Below are positions 38,044-46,084 of a stretch of 64,000 nucleotides of DNA, piece by piece. The notes under the pieces are model-generated. The model searched no databases. It saw nothing but the letters and a program-made list of their open reading frames with translations, and was not told the origin of the DNA. Both the position numbers and the translations under genes were made by a program. The DNA lies in the NCBI GenBank assembly GCA_963748075.1, contig CAVVHQ010000044.1, positions 14,631-78,630 on the forward strand. The letters are read 5' to 3'. The stretch is from an uncultured Solirubrobacterales bacterium. Lineage in GTDB: Bacteria > Actinomycetota > Thermoleophilia > Solirubrobacterales > 70-9. Numbering within the stretch: the stretch's first letter is position 1; each line of letters starts with the position of its first letter.

Positions 38044-38868
38044 TTGATGAGCGGGAAGGGATACGAGAGTCCCGGCGTCGCCGGCAGTGGCGCGATCGCC
38101 ACCGGGCTGGCGGCGGTGTCGACGACCACCGCCGACACGATCCTGCTGGCCCGCAGCGAGGCCTCGGCCTGGCGAGCGGAGGAGAAAGTGGTCGCCGCCT
38201 GCGCCAAGATCGAGGGCGCCGAGCCGTCGCGGCTGCGGGTGACCACCGACCCGAAGGACCTCGCCGACTGCGACGTGGTGGTCGAGGCGGTGATCGAGGA
38301 AGTCGAGCCGAAGGGCGAGGTGCTGAGCGCCGTCGCCGAAGCCTGCCCGAGCGCCGACCTGGCGACCACGACCTCTTCGCTGAGCATCGCCGAAATCTCC
38401 GCCGCGGCGAAGATCCCCGGCCGCCTCTTCGGCCTCCACGTCTTCAACCCGGTGCCGAAAATGAAGCTGGTCGAGGTCTGCTTCCCCGACGTCGGCGAGG
38501 AGACGCGCGAGAAGGCGCTCGCCTGGTGCGCGGCGCTGGGCAAGACGGCGGTCGAGGTGCCCGACCAGGCCGGCTTCGTCGTCAACCGCCTGCTCTTCCC
38601 CTACCTCTTCGACGCGGTGCGGATGGTCGAGCGCACCGGCATGGAGGCGGGCGAGGTGGACGCCTGCATGAAGCTCGGCGCCGGCCACCCGATGGGTCCG
38701 CTCGCCCTGCTCGACTTCATCGGCCTCGACGTCGCCGAGGCGATCGGCGACGCCCTCTACGCCGACTCCTCCGAGCCCGCCCACAAACCGCCCGGCCTGA
38801 TGGTCGAGCTGATCGGCGAGGAGAAGATGGGACGCAAGTCCGGCGCCGGCTTCTACAGCTACGACTAG
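38044..38868 (+). CDS. 3-hydroxyacyl-CoA (3-hydroxybutyryl-CoA) dehydrogenase
   Basis: 274 aa with an NAD-binding N-terminus, FGLHVFNPVPKMKLVE and GFVVNRLLFPY motifs, and a GAGHPMGPLALLDFIGLD C-terminal domain. Confidence 0.85.
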   Translation: MMSGKGYESPGVAGSGAIATGLAAVSTTTADTILLARSEASAWRAEEKVVAACAKIEGAEPSRLRVTTDPKDLADCDVVVEAVIEEVEPKGEVLSAVAEACPSADLATTTSSLSIAEISAAAKIPGRLFGLHVFNPVPKMKLVEVCFPDVGEETREKALAWCAALGKTAVEVPDQAGFVVNRLLFPYLFDAVRMVERTGMEAGEVDACMKLGAGHPMGPLALLDFIGLDVAEAIGDALYADSSEPAHKPPGLMVELIGEEKMGRKSGAGFYSYD

Positions 38869-39096
38869 CTATCTCTTGCCGGCGATGTCCCAGATGACAT
38901 CAGCCGGCGAGATGCCCTGACGGCGGGCGATTGCCTCGACCTCGTCCCAGGGAAGCTCGGCCTCCGGCAGATCGTCCCAGCGGGCCAGGTCGAGTGCCTC
39001 GACCGTCCCTTTCAGTGCCGGGCCGAGATGCTCCTCGGAGCGCAGCAACGCCCTCAGGACCTCGAGCTGCTTGTCGCTCAAGCGCACAACCCACAT
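38869..39096 (-). CDS. Hypothetical small protein
   Basis: 75 aa, acidic, with no recognisable motif. Its stop abuts the stop of the convergent dehydrogenase gene. Confidence 0.4.
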   Translation of the reverse strand: MWVVRLSDKQLEVLRALLRSEEHLGPALKGTVEALDLARWDDLPEAELPWDEVEAIARRQGISPADVIWDIAGKR

Positions 39097-39140
39097 GCGA
39101 TACCTCCAGGGTTAGGCGGGACGCAGGTTGCCCGGGGAAC

Positions 39141-40448
39141 CTAGGCAGCGGACCGGACGGAATCGCCGCCACCGCTGATCCGCACCGCCTCGACCCGATT
39201 CTCGCGCACCGCCTCGACCCGGATCGTGTAGCCGTCGGAGACGATCGTGTCGCCCCGCTTCGGCAGCCGCCCCAGCTCGCCGAACACGTAGCCGCCGATC
39301 GAGTTGTAGGCGTCGCTGTCGACCGACAGCTCGATCCCGGCGTCGGCCAGGTCGCCGAGCGAGACGTGGCCGCGCACGAACCACTCGCCGCCGGCCAGCC
39401 GCCGCAGCGCCGCCGCGCGCGGGTCGGTCTCGTCCTCGATCTCGCCCACCACCTCCTCGAGGATGTCCTCGACCGCGACGATCCCCACCGTCCGCCCGTA
39501 CTCGTCGACGACCACCGAGAGCGAGGTGCGCTGCACCTGCAGGTCGTGGAGCAGGTCGTCGAGCGGGCGGGTCTCGGGGATGATCACCGCGTCGCGGACC
39601 ACCGGCTCGATCCCCGCCTCGGGCCCGTCGCTCATGTAGAGGCGGGCGAGGCTGTTGTTGTGGACGATGCCCTTGACCCGGTCGGGGTTGTCTTCCTCGA
39701 TCACCACCAAGCGGGTGTGGCCGGAGGCGACGCAACTGCGCAGCGCCGTCTCGACCGTCTCGGAGGCGTCGACCGTGACCACCGCCGGGATCGGCGTCAT
39801 CACCTCGCGGGCCTGCTGCTCGTGCAGGTGGAAGACGCCGCCCAGCATCCCCGCCTCGCCGGGGTCGAGCGTGCCGCCGATCCTCGAGCTGTCGATGATC
39901 TGCTTCAGGTCCTCGGCCGTGTGGTGCTCTTCGATGTCGGTCGGGTCGACGCCGAAGAGGCGGACGATCGCGTTGGAGATCGCGCTCAGCCCCTTCGTCA
40001 CCGGCGCGGTCGCGGCGTGGAACCAGTCGAGCGGGCGGGAGACCCGGCGGGCGGTGCGCTCGGCGTCGTTGATCGCCAGCATCTTCGGCACCTGCTCGCC
40101 GATGCTGATGTGTATCGCGGTGACGAGAGTGAAGGCGATCGCCACCGAGACGCCGACCGCCACCCCGTGCGAGAAGCCGCCGAACAGCGGCTCGAACAGC
40201 TTGGCCAGCGACGGCTCGCCGAGGAAGCCGATGCCGATCGACGCCATCGTGATCCCGACCTGGCAGGCGGAGAGCGATTCGTCGATCCGGTCGAGCTGCC
40301 GGATCACCGACTCGGCGCCGCTCTCGCCTTGTTCGGCGAGCTGCACGAACTTGCCGCGCCGGCTGCGCACCAGGGCGAACTCCGCAGCGACGAAGAAGCC
40401 GTTGACGGCGACCAGCAGGAGCAGCAGGGCGAGCAGCAGGACGCTCAT
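39141..40448 (-). CDS. CNNM/TlyC-family membrane protein (DUF21-CBS pair-CorC_HlyC)
   Basis: The start is ATG 40448 (MSVLLLALLLLLVAVNGFFVAAEFALV). CBS-pair and C-terminal CorC domains follow. Confidence 0.8.
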   Translation of the reverse strand: MSVLLLALLLLLVAVNGFFVAAEFALVRSRRGKFVQLAEQGESGAESVIRQLDRIDESLSACQVGITMASIGIGFLGEPSLAKLFEPLFGGFSHGVAVGVSVAIAFTLVTAIHISIGEQVPKMLAINDAERTARRVSRPLDWFHAATAPVTKGLSAISNAIVRLFGVDPTDIEEHHTAEDLKQIIDSSRIGGTLDPGEAGMLGGVFHLHEQQAREVMTPIPAVVTVDASETVETALRSCVASGHTRLVVIEEDNPDRVKGIVHNNSLARLYMSDGPEAGIEPVVRDAVIIPETRPLDDLLHDLQVQRTSLSVVVDEYGRTVGIVAVEDILEEVVGEIEDETDPRAAALRRLAGGEWFVRGHVSLGDLADAGIELSVDSDAYNSIGGYVFGELGRLPKRGDTIVSDGYTIRVEAVRENRVEAVRISGGGDSVRSAA

Positions 40449-40496
40449 CGGCTTGGAGCCTGCCGCGAGGTCCCCCGCGCACACCTGGCGGCGGCG

Positions 40497-40575
40497 GACC
40501 GGCGCGGTGCGGCGTCCTCGGTCGGCCAAATAGCGCTGCTATTCGGCCTCCCTGCGTCCTTGCCCCGCTTGGTCC
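40497..40575. repeat. Family-C palindromic intergenic element, copy 4 (weak TIRs, different central hairpin)
   Basis: GACCGGCGC..GGCGTCCTCGGTCGG - GGCCAAATAGC-GCT-GCTATTCGGCC - CTCCCTGCGTCCTTG. The flanking blocks match copy 1 almost base for base, while the hairpin sequence is unrelated. Confidence 0.65.
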
Positions 40576-40717
40576 GGCGCGCGCCAGTCGCACACGCGGA
40601 ACCTCGCGGCAGGCTCTGTGGCCCGGTACTTCGGGGGAGGTCTTCTTCGACCATTCGGCGTTACGCAATATAGCTGTCCGGCCCGCGGCAACTGCGAGAC
40701 TGCCATATTGGGCGCCC

Positions 40718-41626
40718 ATGCGCATCGCGAGCCTGGTTCCATCCGCCACGGAGATGCTGTTTGCCCTCGGTCTCGGTGACAGCGTGGTCGCGGTCACGCA
40801 CGAGTGCGACTTCCCGCCACGGGCTCGTGCGCTCCCCCACCTGACCCGCACGGTGCTGCCGGCCGGCCTCGACGCCGGGCAGATCGACACCGCGGTGAAG
40901 GCGACGGTCGGCGAGGGCCGGGCGCTGTACGAGCTGGACGAGGAGCGGCTCGCCGCGCTCGCCCCCGACCTGATCGTCACCCAGGCGGTCTGCGAGGTCT
41001 GCGCGGTCTCCTACGAGGACGTGCTCGCGGTCGCGGCGCGGCTGCCGAGCCGGCCCCGCGTCGTGCAGCAGGACCCCAGCACGCTCGGCGAGATGCTCGA
41101 GGACGTGGTCCGGCTCGGCGAGGTGACCGGGAAGGCGGCAGACGCCCACGAGCTGCGCGGCGAGCTGGAGGGCCGACTGGCGGCGGTTCGCGGCGCCGTC
41201 TCCGGGGCCGCGGCGCCCCGGGTGGTCGCCCTCGAGTGGCTCGACCCCCCCTTCGTCGGCGGCCACTGGATCCCGGAGATGATCTCGATCGCCGGCGGCG
41301 AAGACGTCGCCGGCCCGCCCGGCCTGCGCTCGCCCGAGGTCCGCTGGGGCGAGCTGTCCGGTCTGAGGCCCGACGTGGTGATCGCGATGCCCTGCGGCAT
41401 GGACGTCGAGGAGGCGCGCGCCCAGGCGGTCGAGCACTGGGGGCGGATCGCGACCTTGGGCGCCGGGCGGGTCCATGCGGTCGACGCGGCGTCAACGTTC
41501 TCCAGGCCGGGGCCGCGGTTGGTCGACGGCGTCGAGCTGCTCGGCCACGTCCTCCATCCGGACCTGGTCGACCCGCCCGGCAACATCGGCTTCGCCGAGG
41601 TGCGGGCGCCGGTCAGGCGACGCTGA
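40718..41626 (+). CDS. BtuF-like periplasmic-binding-protein-fold (cobalamin/siderophore type) protein without a signal peptide
   Basis: 302 aa, MRIASLVPSATEMLFALGLGDSVVAVTHECDFP ... LAPDLIVTQ, typical of the Peripla_BP_2 family. Confidence 0.6.
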   Translation: MRIASLVPSATEMLFALGLGDSVVAVTHECDFPPRARALPHLTRTVLPAGLDAGQIDTAVKATVGEGRALYELDEERLAALAPDLIVTQAVCEVCAVSYEDVLAVAARLPSRPRVVQQDPSTLGEMLEDVVRLGEVTGKAADAHELRGELEGRLAAVRGAVSGAAAPRVVALEWLDPPFVGGHWIPEMISIAGGEDVAGPPGLRSPEVRWGELSGLRPDVVIAMPCGMDVEEARAQAVEHWGRIATLGAGRVHAVDAASTFSRPGPRLVDGVELLGHVLHPDLVDPPGNIGFAEVRAPVRRR

Positions 41627-42437
41627 GGGCGCCGACGATCGAGAGGACGCCGATCGCGGTCATCACCAGCAGCTCGGCCGGCAGCCGCCGCGAGCCCAGC
41701 GCCCCCCGCTCGCCGGCGATGATCACCAGAGCGCAGAGCAAGCCGCCTGCGAGGCCGCCGAGATGGCCGCCGATGCTGATCCCGCGGATGCCGAAGGTCA
41801 GCGCCAGGTTGATCACGAGCAGGAAGCCGAGCTCGGAGGCGATCGTGTTGAGGCCGCGGCCGCGGGCGATCACGAAGGCGGCGCCGAACAGGCCGAAGAT
41901 CGCCCCGGAGGCCCCCACCGTGAGCTGCGCCGGGTCGGTCAGCGCCAGGGCGCCGAAGGCGCCGGCGAACAGCGAGGCGAAGTAGAGGGCGAGGAAGCGC
42001 GGCGTGCCGATCGCCGGCTCGAGCAGGCGGCCGAGGATGAAGAGGGCGAACATGTTGAAGCCGATGTGGAAGAGGCCGGCGTGGAGGAAGCCGCCGGTCA
42101 GCAGCCGGTACCACTCGCCATCCGCGACCGAGGCGCCCCGCAGGCCGAAGTCGGAGATCACCGAGCTGCTGGTCGCGGAGCTGAGGCCGCCGGCGCCGCC
42201 GGCGATCTCGGCCAGGTAGGCGAGCACGTTGAGCCCGATCAGCACGTAGGTCGCCGGGGTGTCGTAGCGGCCGGGGCCGAGCGCGCCGCGCGTCACCCGG
42301 GTCCGCTGCCGGGCGCACTCCGGACAGCGCATCCCGACCGGGGTCGGCGTCATGCACTCGGGGCAGATCGGCCGCCCGCAGGAGGAGCAGGAGACGCGGG
42401 TCTCGCGGTCCGGGTGTCGGTAGCAGGTCTGCGCCAT
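41613..42437 (-). CDS. Rhomboid-family intramembrane serine protease with an N-terminal zinc ribbon
   Basis: 274 aa. The zinc ribbon is CYRHPDRETRVSCSSCGRPICPEC..CPEC. The rhomboid core has GASGAIFG (Ser) and a downstream His. Confidence 0.8.
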   Translation of the reverse strand: MAQTCYRHPDRETRVSCSSCGRPICPECMTPTPVGMRCPECARQRTRVTRGALGPGRYDTPATYVLIGLNVLAYLAEIAGGAGGLSSATSSSVISDFGLRGASVADGEWYRLLTGGFLHAGLFHIGFNMFALFILGRLLEPAIGTPRFLALYFASLFAGAFGALALTDPAQLTVGASGAIFGLFGAAFVIARGRGLNTIASELGFLLVINLALTFGIRGISIGGHLGGLAGGLLCALVIIAGERGALGSRRLPAELLVMTAIGVLSIVGALSVA

Positions 42438-42467
42438 CGGCAGGCGCGGAGCCTACAATCGTCGCCG

Positions 42468-42890
42468 ATGGAGCGAGCAAGCCCGGCCAGGCTCTACGCG
42501 ACGCTGGTCGGCGCCCTGCTCCTCGTCGGGGGGATCGTCGGCTTCTTCTACAGCGCCTCGTTCGGCGCGCCCGGTGTGGTGAAGGAGATGCTCGGCGCCT
42601 TCGCGGTGAACGGCTGGCTGAACGGCCTTCGCGTGCTCAGCGGCGCGCTCGGCCTGCTGGTTGCCGGCTTCGCGGCGCGCCCGTATTCCCTCTGGCTCGG
42701 CGCCCTCTACGTCGCCCTCGCCGTCTGGGGATTCGCGGTCGGCGACGGCGGAACGATCCTCGGCCTGCTCCCGGTCGACACCGGCGACAACGTCCTCCAC
42801 CTGGTCCTCGGCGCGCTCGGGATCGCCGCGGCCGCCTCCACCGAACGCGGGACTGAGCTACGGCCCGACCCGGCGGGCCAGCGAACGTAG
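42468..42890 (+). CDS. DUF4383-like small membrane protein
   Basis: 140 aa from ATG 42468 with four TM helices and the ending TGDNVLHLVLGALG. Confidence 0.55.
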   Translation: MERASPARLYATLVGALLLVGGIVGFFYSASFGAPGVVKEMLGAFAVNGWLNGLRVLSGALGLLVAGFAARPYSLWLGALYVALAVWGFAVGDGGTILGLLPVDTGDNVLHLVLGALGIAAAASTERGTELRPDPAGQRT

Positions 42891-43205
42891 GCGCCCGCCG
42901 GCCCGCTGGCGGCTGCGGCGGCGCAGCTCGAGCAGCACGAGGGCGCCCGTGGCGGCACCGCCGGCGCCCACCGCGACCACCGGGCGGACCCAGTTGCGCG
43001 GGTCGCGCAGCGCCCGCAGTTCGCTCTCCGACAGCTCCTCCGCCCAGTCGGAGAGCTCCTCGGCGGCCGCCTGGGTGACGGCCGAGAGGGTGTCCTCGAG
43101 CCGCCCGGAAAGCCGCTCGGGCGGCTCGATCGGACGCAGCGCGTCGCCGAGCAGCCGCTCGACGTCCCAGGTGCTCGTTGTCAGCCTCTCGCTCCCCTCA
43201 CTCAT
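42858..43205 (-). CDS. Membrane-anchored hypothetical protein, possible anti-sigma factor
   Basis: 115 aa. It overlaps the end of the upstream ECF sigma gene by 8 nt and has a single C-terminal TM helix. No zf-HC2 motif is present. Confidence 0.4.
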   Translation of the reverse strand: MSEGSERLTTSTWDVERLLGDALRPIEPPERLSGRLEDTLSAVTQAAAEELSDWAEELSESELRALRDPRNWVRPVVAVGAGGAATGALVLLELRRRSRQRAGGRLRSLARRVGP

Positions 43206-43755
43206 CCTTCATCTCCTCCTCGAGCTGCTTGATCGCGCGATGGATCAGGACCTTGGTGGCGCCGTCGCTGCGACCCAGCGCGCGGGCGATCTCGCGGTTG
43301 TCCATGCCGAGCGCGAAGCGCATGATCAGTGCGTCGCGGCGGTCGTCCGGGAGGTGCTGGAGCCTGTCCATCACCTGCCGCAGCTCCTCGCGTCCCTCGG
43401 CGATCGCCTCGGTGCCGTGCCGCGCGGCAAGCGGTTCGGCGCTGTCGAGCGGCGTCTGCGGACGGCGCGATCGGTCCCGATAGTAGTTGAGCGCCAGGTT
43501 GTGGGCGATGCGGATCAGCCACGGCCGCAGCGGCCGGCCGGCCGACTCGCGCCGCGCCCGGTCGAAGTGGCGGTAGGCCTGAAGGAAGGCCTGCTCGGTC
43601 AGGTCCTCGGCGTCGTGCTGGTTGCCGACCCTGTAGTAGGCGTAAGAATAGACGTCGCGGAGGTGGTCCCGGTACAGCTCTTCGAAGGCGCGGTCGAGCT
43701 CCGCCTTCGCCGCCGGGTCGAGGCTCGCCGGATCGACGCTCTCCTGGTCGCTCAC
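43198..43755 (-). CDS. ECF-type RNA polymerase sigma factor
   Basis: 185 aa with a GTG start. Region 2 reads DAEDLTEQAFLQAY...WLIRIAHNLALNYYR, and region 4 reads LPDDRRDALIMRFALGMDNREIARALGRSDGATKVLIHRA. Confidence 0.85.
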   Translation of the reverse strand: MSDQESVDPASLDPAAKAELDRAFEELYRDHLRDVYSYAYYRVGNQHDAEDLTEQAFLQAYRHFDRARRESAGRPLRPWLIRIAHNLALNYYRDRSRRPQTPLDSAEPLAARHGTEAIAEGREELRQVMDRLQHLPDDRRDALIMRFALGMDNREIARALGRSDGATKVLIHRAIKQLEEEMKDE

Positions 43756-43773
43756 CCGGCAAGCCTAGTGCCA

Positions 43774-45438
43774 TCAGGCGGCCCTTTTTCGCCGCTCGAC
43801 CCGGCGCAGGCTCGCGAGCCATGCCTCGGTGTCGATCTCGCCGCGGATCAGCGCCGCCAGGCCGCTGAGCGCCTCGGCCGGGCTGCCCGAGGCGGCGATC
43901 GCCTCGGCGAGCAGCGGCACGGCGTCCAGCCCCTCGGAGGCCTGCCCGATCAGGGCCGGGATCTCCTCGGCGGGAGTGCCGCGGCCGAGCAGCTCGCCGG
44001 CGCGCCGGTTCCGCCCGGAAGGGGCGAGCACGGTCGCGGTCAGGTCGCCGACCCCGGCGAGGCCGGAGAAGGTCTCCAGCTCGGCGCCGCGCTCGATCGC
44101 GTAGGAGATGCACTCGCGCCAGACCTGGGCGGCGGCGATCCCCGCCGCGTTGAGCCCGTGCGACTCGCTCGCCGCGGCGGCGAGCGCGGCGGCGTTCTTG
44201 GCGGCGCCGGCCATCTCCACCCCGGTGACGTCGCGCGAGCGCTCGCAGACCAGGCCGGCGCGGTCGAAGACCTCGCCGAGCTGGTCGCGCAGGTCGGCGT
44301 CGCCCGAGCCGAGCACCAGCGCGGCGGAGCCGGAGACCGCCTCGCGGGCGTGGGCGGGACCGCCGAGGGAGGCGGTCGCCCGAGCGCGGATCCTTTCGCC
44401 CACGTACTCGGCCGGCAGCTGGCCGAGCGGGGCGATCAGGCCCTTGGTCAGCAGCAGCACCGAGGAGCGGTCGCTGACCCGGTCGGCGATCGCGCCGACG
44501 GCCTGCGGCAGCGAGCCGGAGGGAATCGCCAGGCAGAGAAGGTCGAGGCCGGCCAGCTCGATCTCGGAGGCGGGGCGGACCAGCAGCGAGTCGGGAAGCT
44601 CGACCCCCTCCAGATAGCGCCTGTTCTCGCCCGCCTCCGACATCTCCGCCGCCTGCTCCGCGGTGCGGGCGCCGAGCTGGACTTCGAGCCCGCCGCGGGC
44701 GAGCAGCACGGCGACCGCGGTGCCCCAGCTCCCGGCGCCGATCACCGCGGCGCGGCGCATCGGCGGCAGGCCACCCATCTCTTCCCACTGGAGCAGGACG
44801 TTGGGCCAGATCCGCGCCGTCACCGATTCGGCCAGCGGCGGCGAGGGATGCTCGACGCGCGGGAAGGTCATCGCCCGCCCCAGCCGGACCCGCACCTTGC
44901 GCGGCCGGATCCGCCAGCCGCGCCGCACCCGCTCACTGCCGAACACCGCGGTGGGCACGACGGGGACGCCGGTCTGCAGCGCCAGCCGCCCGACGCCGCG
45001 CTTCGGCGCCGCCAGGGTGCCGCGGCGAATCCGCGTCCCCTCCGGGAAGATGCAGACCGTGCCGCCCCGCTCGACGGCGAGTCGCGCCGTCTCCATCGCC
45101 AGCTCGTCCGATCCGCCGCGGCGAATCGGGAACGCCCCGAGCCGCGAGAGCAGCCAGCCCTGCCAGCGCCGCTCGAACAGCTCGACCTTGGCGACGTAGT
45201 TCATCGGTCGCCGCCAGGGCAGCGTGGCGCCGATCACGAACGGGTCGAGGAAGCTGCGGTGGTTGGCGGCGACGATCAGGCCGCCCCTGACGCGGCTGTG
45301 GTCGCGGCCGGTGCGGCTGAGGCGGAAGTAGACCAGGAAGAACGGGATCATGAAGACCCTGGCCAGCAGGTACAGCGGCCAGTTGACACCGCGGCGGCGC
45401 GTGTACTCGTGGTACCGGAGGAGTCGCTCTTCGCTCAC
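43774..45438 (-). CDS. Fusion protein: 1-acyl-sn-glycerol-3-phosphate acyltransferase (PlsC) domain plus NAD(P)H-dependent glycerol-3-phosphate dehydrogenase (GpsA) domain
   Basis: 554 aa. The N-terminal half has ANHRSFLDP and IFPEGTR acyltransferase motifs. From about codon 223 (ATG 44770) a full GpsA follows (AVIGAGSWGTAVA ... GLKDP-type C-terminal domain) with no intervening stop. Confidence 0.8.
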   Translation of the reverse strand: MSEERLLRYHEYTRRRGVNWPLYLLARVFMIPFFLVYFRLSRTGRDHSRVRGGLIVAANHRSFLDPFVIGATLPWRRPMNYVAKVELFERRWQGWLLSRLGAFPIRRGGSDELAMETARLAVERGGTVCIFPEGTRIRRGTLAAPKRGVGRLALQTGVPVVPTAVFGSERVRRGWRIRPRKVRVRLGRAMTFPRVEHPSPPLAESVTARIWPNVLLQWEEMGGLPPMRRAAVIGAGSWGTAVAVLLARGGLEVQLGARTAEQAAEMSEAGENRRYLEGVELPDSLLVRPASEIELAGLDLLCLAIPSGSLPQAVGAIADRVSDRSSVLLLTKGLIAPLGQLPAEYVGERIRARATASLGGPAHAREAVSGSAALVLGSGDADLRDQLGEVFDRAGLVCERSRDVTGVEMAGAAKNAAALAAAASESHGLNAAGIAAAQVWRECISYAIERGAELETFSGLAGVGDLTATVLAPSGRNRRAGELLGRGTPAEEIPALIGQASEGLDAVPLLAEAIAASGSPAEALSGLAALIRGEIDTEAWLASLRRVERRKRAA

Positions 45439-45468
45439 GAAGAGCGCTACACGGGCGCGGCGGAGCGG

Positions 45469-45690
45469 TTACCGCTCGGAAACCGCTTTCTGGAGACGTG
45501 CCGAGCGTTCCGCGATGACCTCGGCGATCCGGTCGAGCACCGGGCGGTCCTGGAAAGCGGCGGGGAGGGAGTGGCGCGCGTCTTCCGAGGCGGCGAGGAC
45601 GCGTTCGACCATCGCCACGGCGCGACGCTCGACCAGGGTTGGTTTGACCTCGAGTTCGCCGCCGAGACGACGGATGTGCCGGCGGCGCAC
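45469..45690 (-). CDS. Hypothetical small protein
   Basis: 73 aa with a GTG start, about 80% GC3 and no motif. Confidence 0.4.
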   Translation of the reverse strand: MRRRHIRRLGGELEVKPTLVERRAVAMVERVLAASEDARHSLPAAFQDRPVLDRIAEVIAERSARLQKAVSER

Positions 45691-45756
45691 CGTTACCCCG
45701 TTCGGGCAAAACCTTGCATTGCGCAGAGCCCGTTTTCAACGATTTGCCCGTTCGGG

Positions 45757-45777
45757 AAAAGGCAAGTGCGGCTTGCC
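45757..45777 (-). terminator. Intrinsic terminator candidate
   Basis: On the minus strand GGCAAG-CCGCA-CTTGCC is followed by TTTT. It lies downstream of the maleylacetate reductase gene and the repeat cluster. Confidence 0.45.
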
Positions 45778-45780
45778 GGG

Positions 45781-46084
45781 GCGAGGGTCGGGTGCCCTTC
45801 ACGCTCAACTTTTTCCGAAGACAGCCAGTGGCCGTCCGCGAGCCGCCCTTCGGAAAAAGTACAAGCCGCTTGGTGCGTACCGGGTTGGCTCCAACCCGAT
45901 CACCGTGCGCTCGATTGGGACTTTGACCCCCAATAACGGGGGTAAAAGTCCCAATCGGCTGAATCGGAGCCTCAGCCCGCCGCGTCGCTGCTTTGATCGG
46001 AGGCGACCTCCCAGGCGGAGCCGGGGGTGGCCTGGAGCCAACCCGGTACGCAGTAGCCGCTTAGAGGGGCACCCGGCCCCTCGC
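45781..46084 (-). repeat. Family-A long-hairpin repeat, copy 2, split by the MITE insertion
   Basis: 45781-45871 plus 46055-46084 are homologous to the reverse complement of 7082-7190 (CGCTCAACTTTTTCCGAAGACAG ... CTTCGGAAAAAGTACAAGCCGC). The outer stem CGGGTGCCC (45789) / GGGCACCCG (46067) is separated by the insertion. Confidence 0.75.
45872..46054 (+). mobile_element. Family-B MITE (183 bp) with 21-bp TIRs and an 8-bp target-site duplication
   Basis: TIRs are GGTGCGTACCGGGTTGGCTCC (45872-45892) and GGAGCCAACCCGGTACGCAGT (46034-46054), complementary at 19 of 21 positions. Direct repeats AGCCGCTT lie at 45864-45871 and 46055-46062. An internal hairpin is GGGACTTTGACCCCC-AATAAC-GGGGGTAAAAGTCCC. 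No ORF is present. Confidence 0.85.

Noticed and set aside
40563-40717. A possible cobalamin riboswitch upstream of the BtuF-like gene (CCCGCGGCAACTGCGAGACTGCC resembles the CCCGC-ACUG and B12-box GAGACCUGCC elements).
   Set aside because: The two elements are directly adjacent instead of separated by the usual stems. The B12 box is one base short. I could not find the GGGAA / GGUG..AA.CC core upstream. This is not supportable without a covariance-model scan (Rfam RF00174).
45921-45955. An RNase P RNA-like AAAGTCC motif (GGGGGTAAAAGTCCCAATCGG).
   Set aside because: It is part of the internal hairpin of the two-copy MITE. The surrounding P4/P1-P3 context of RNase P RNA is absent.
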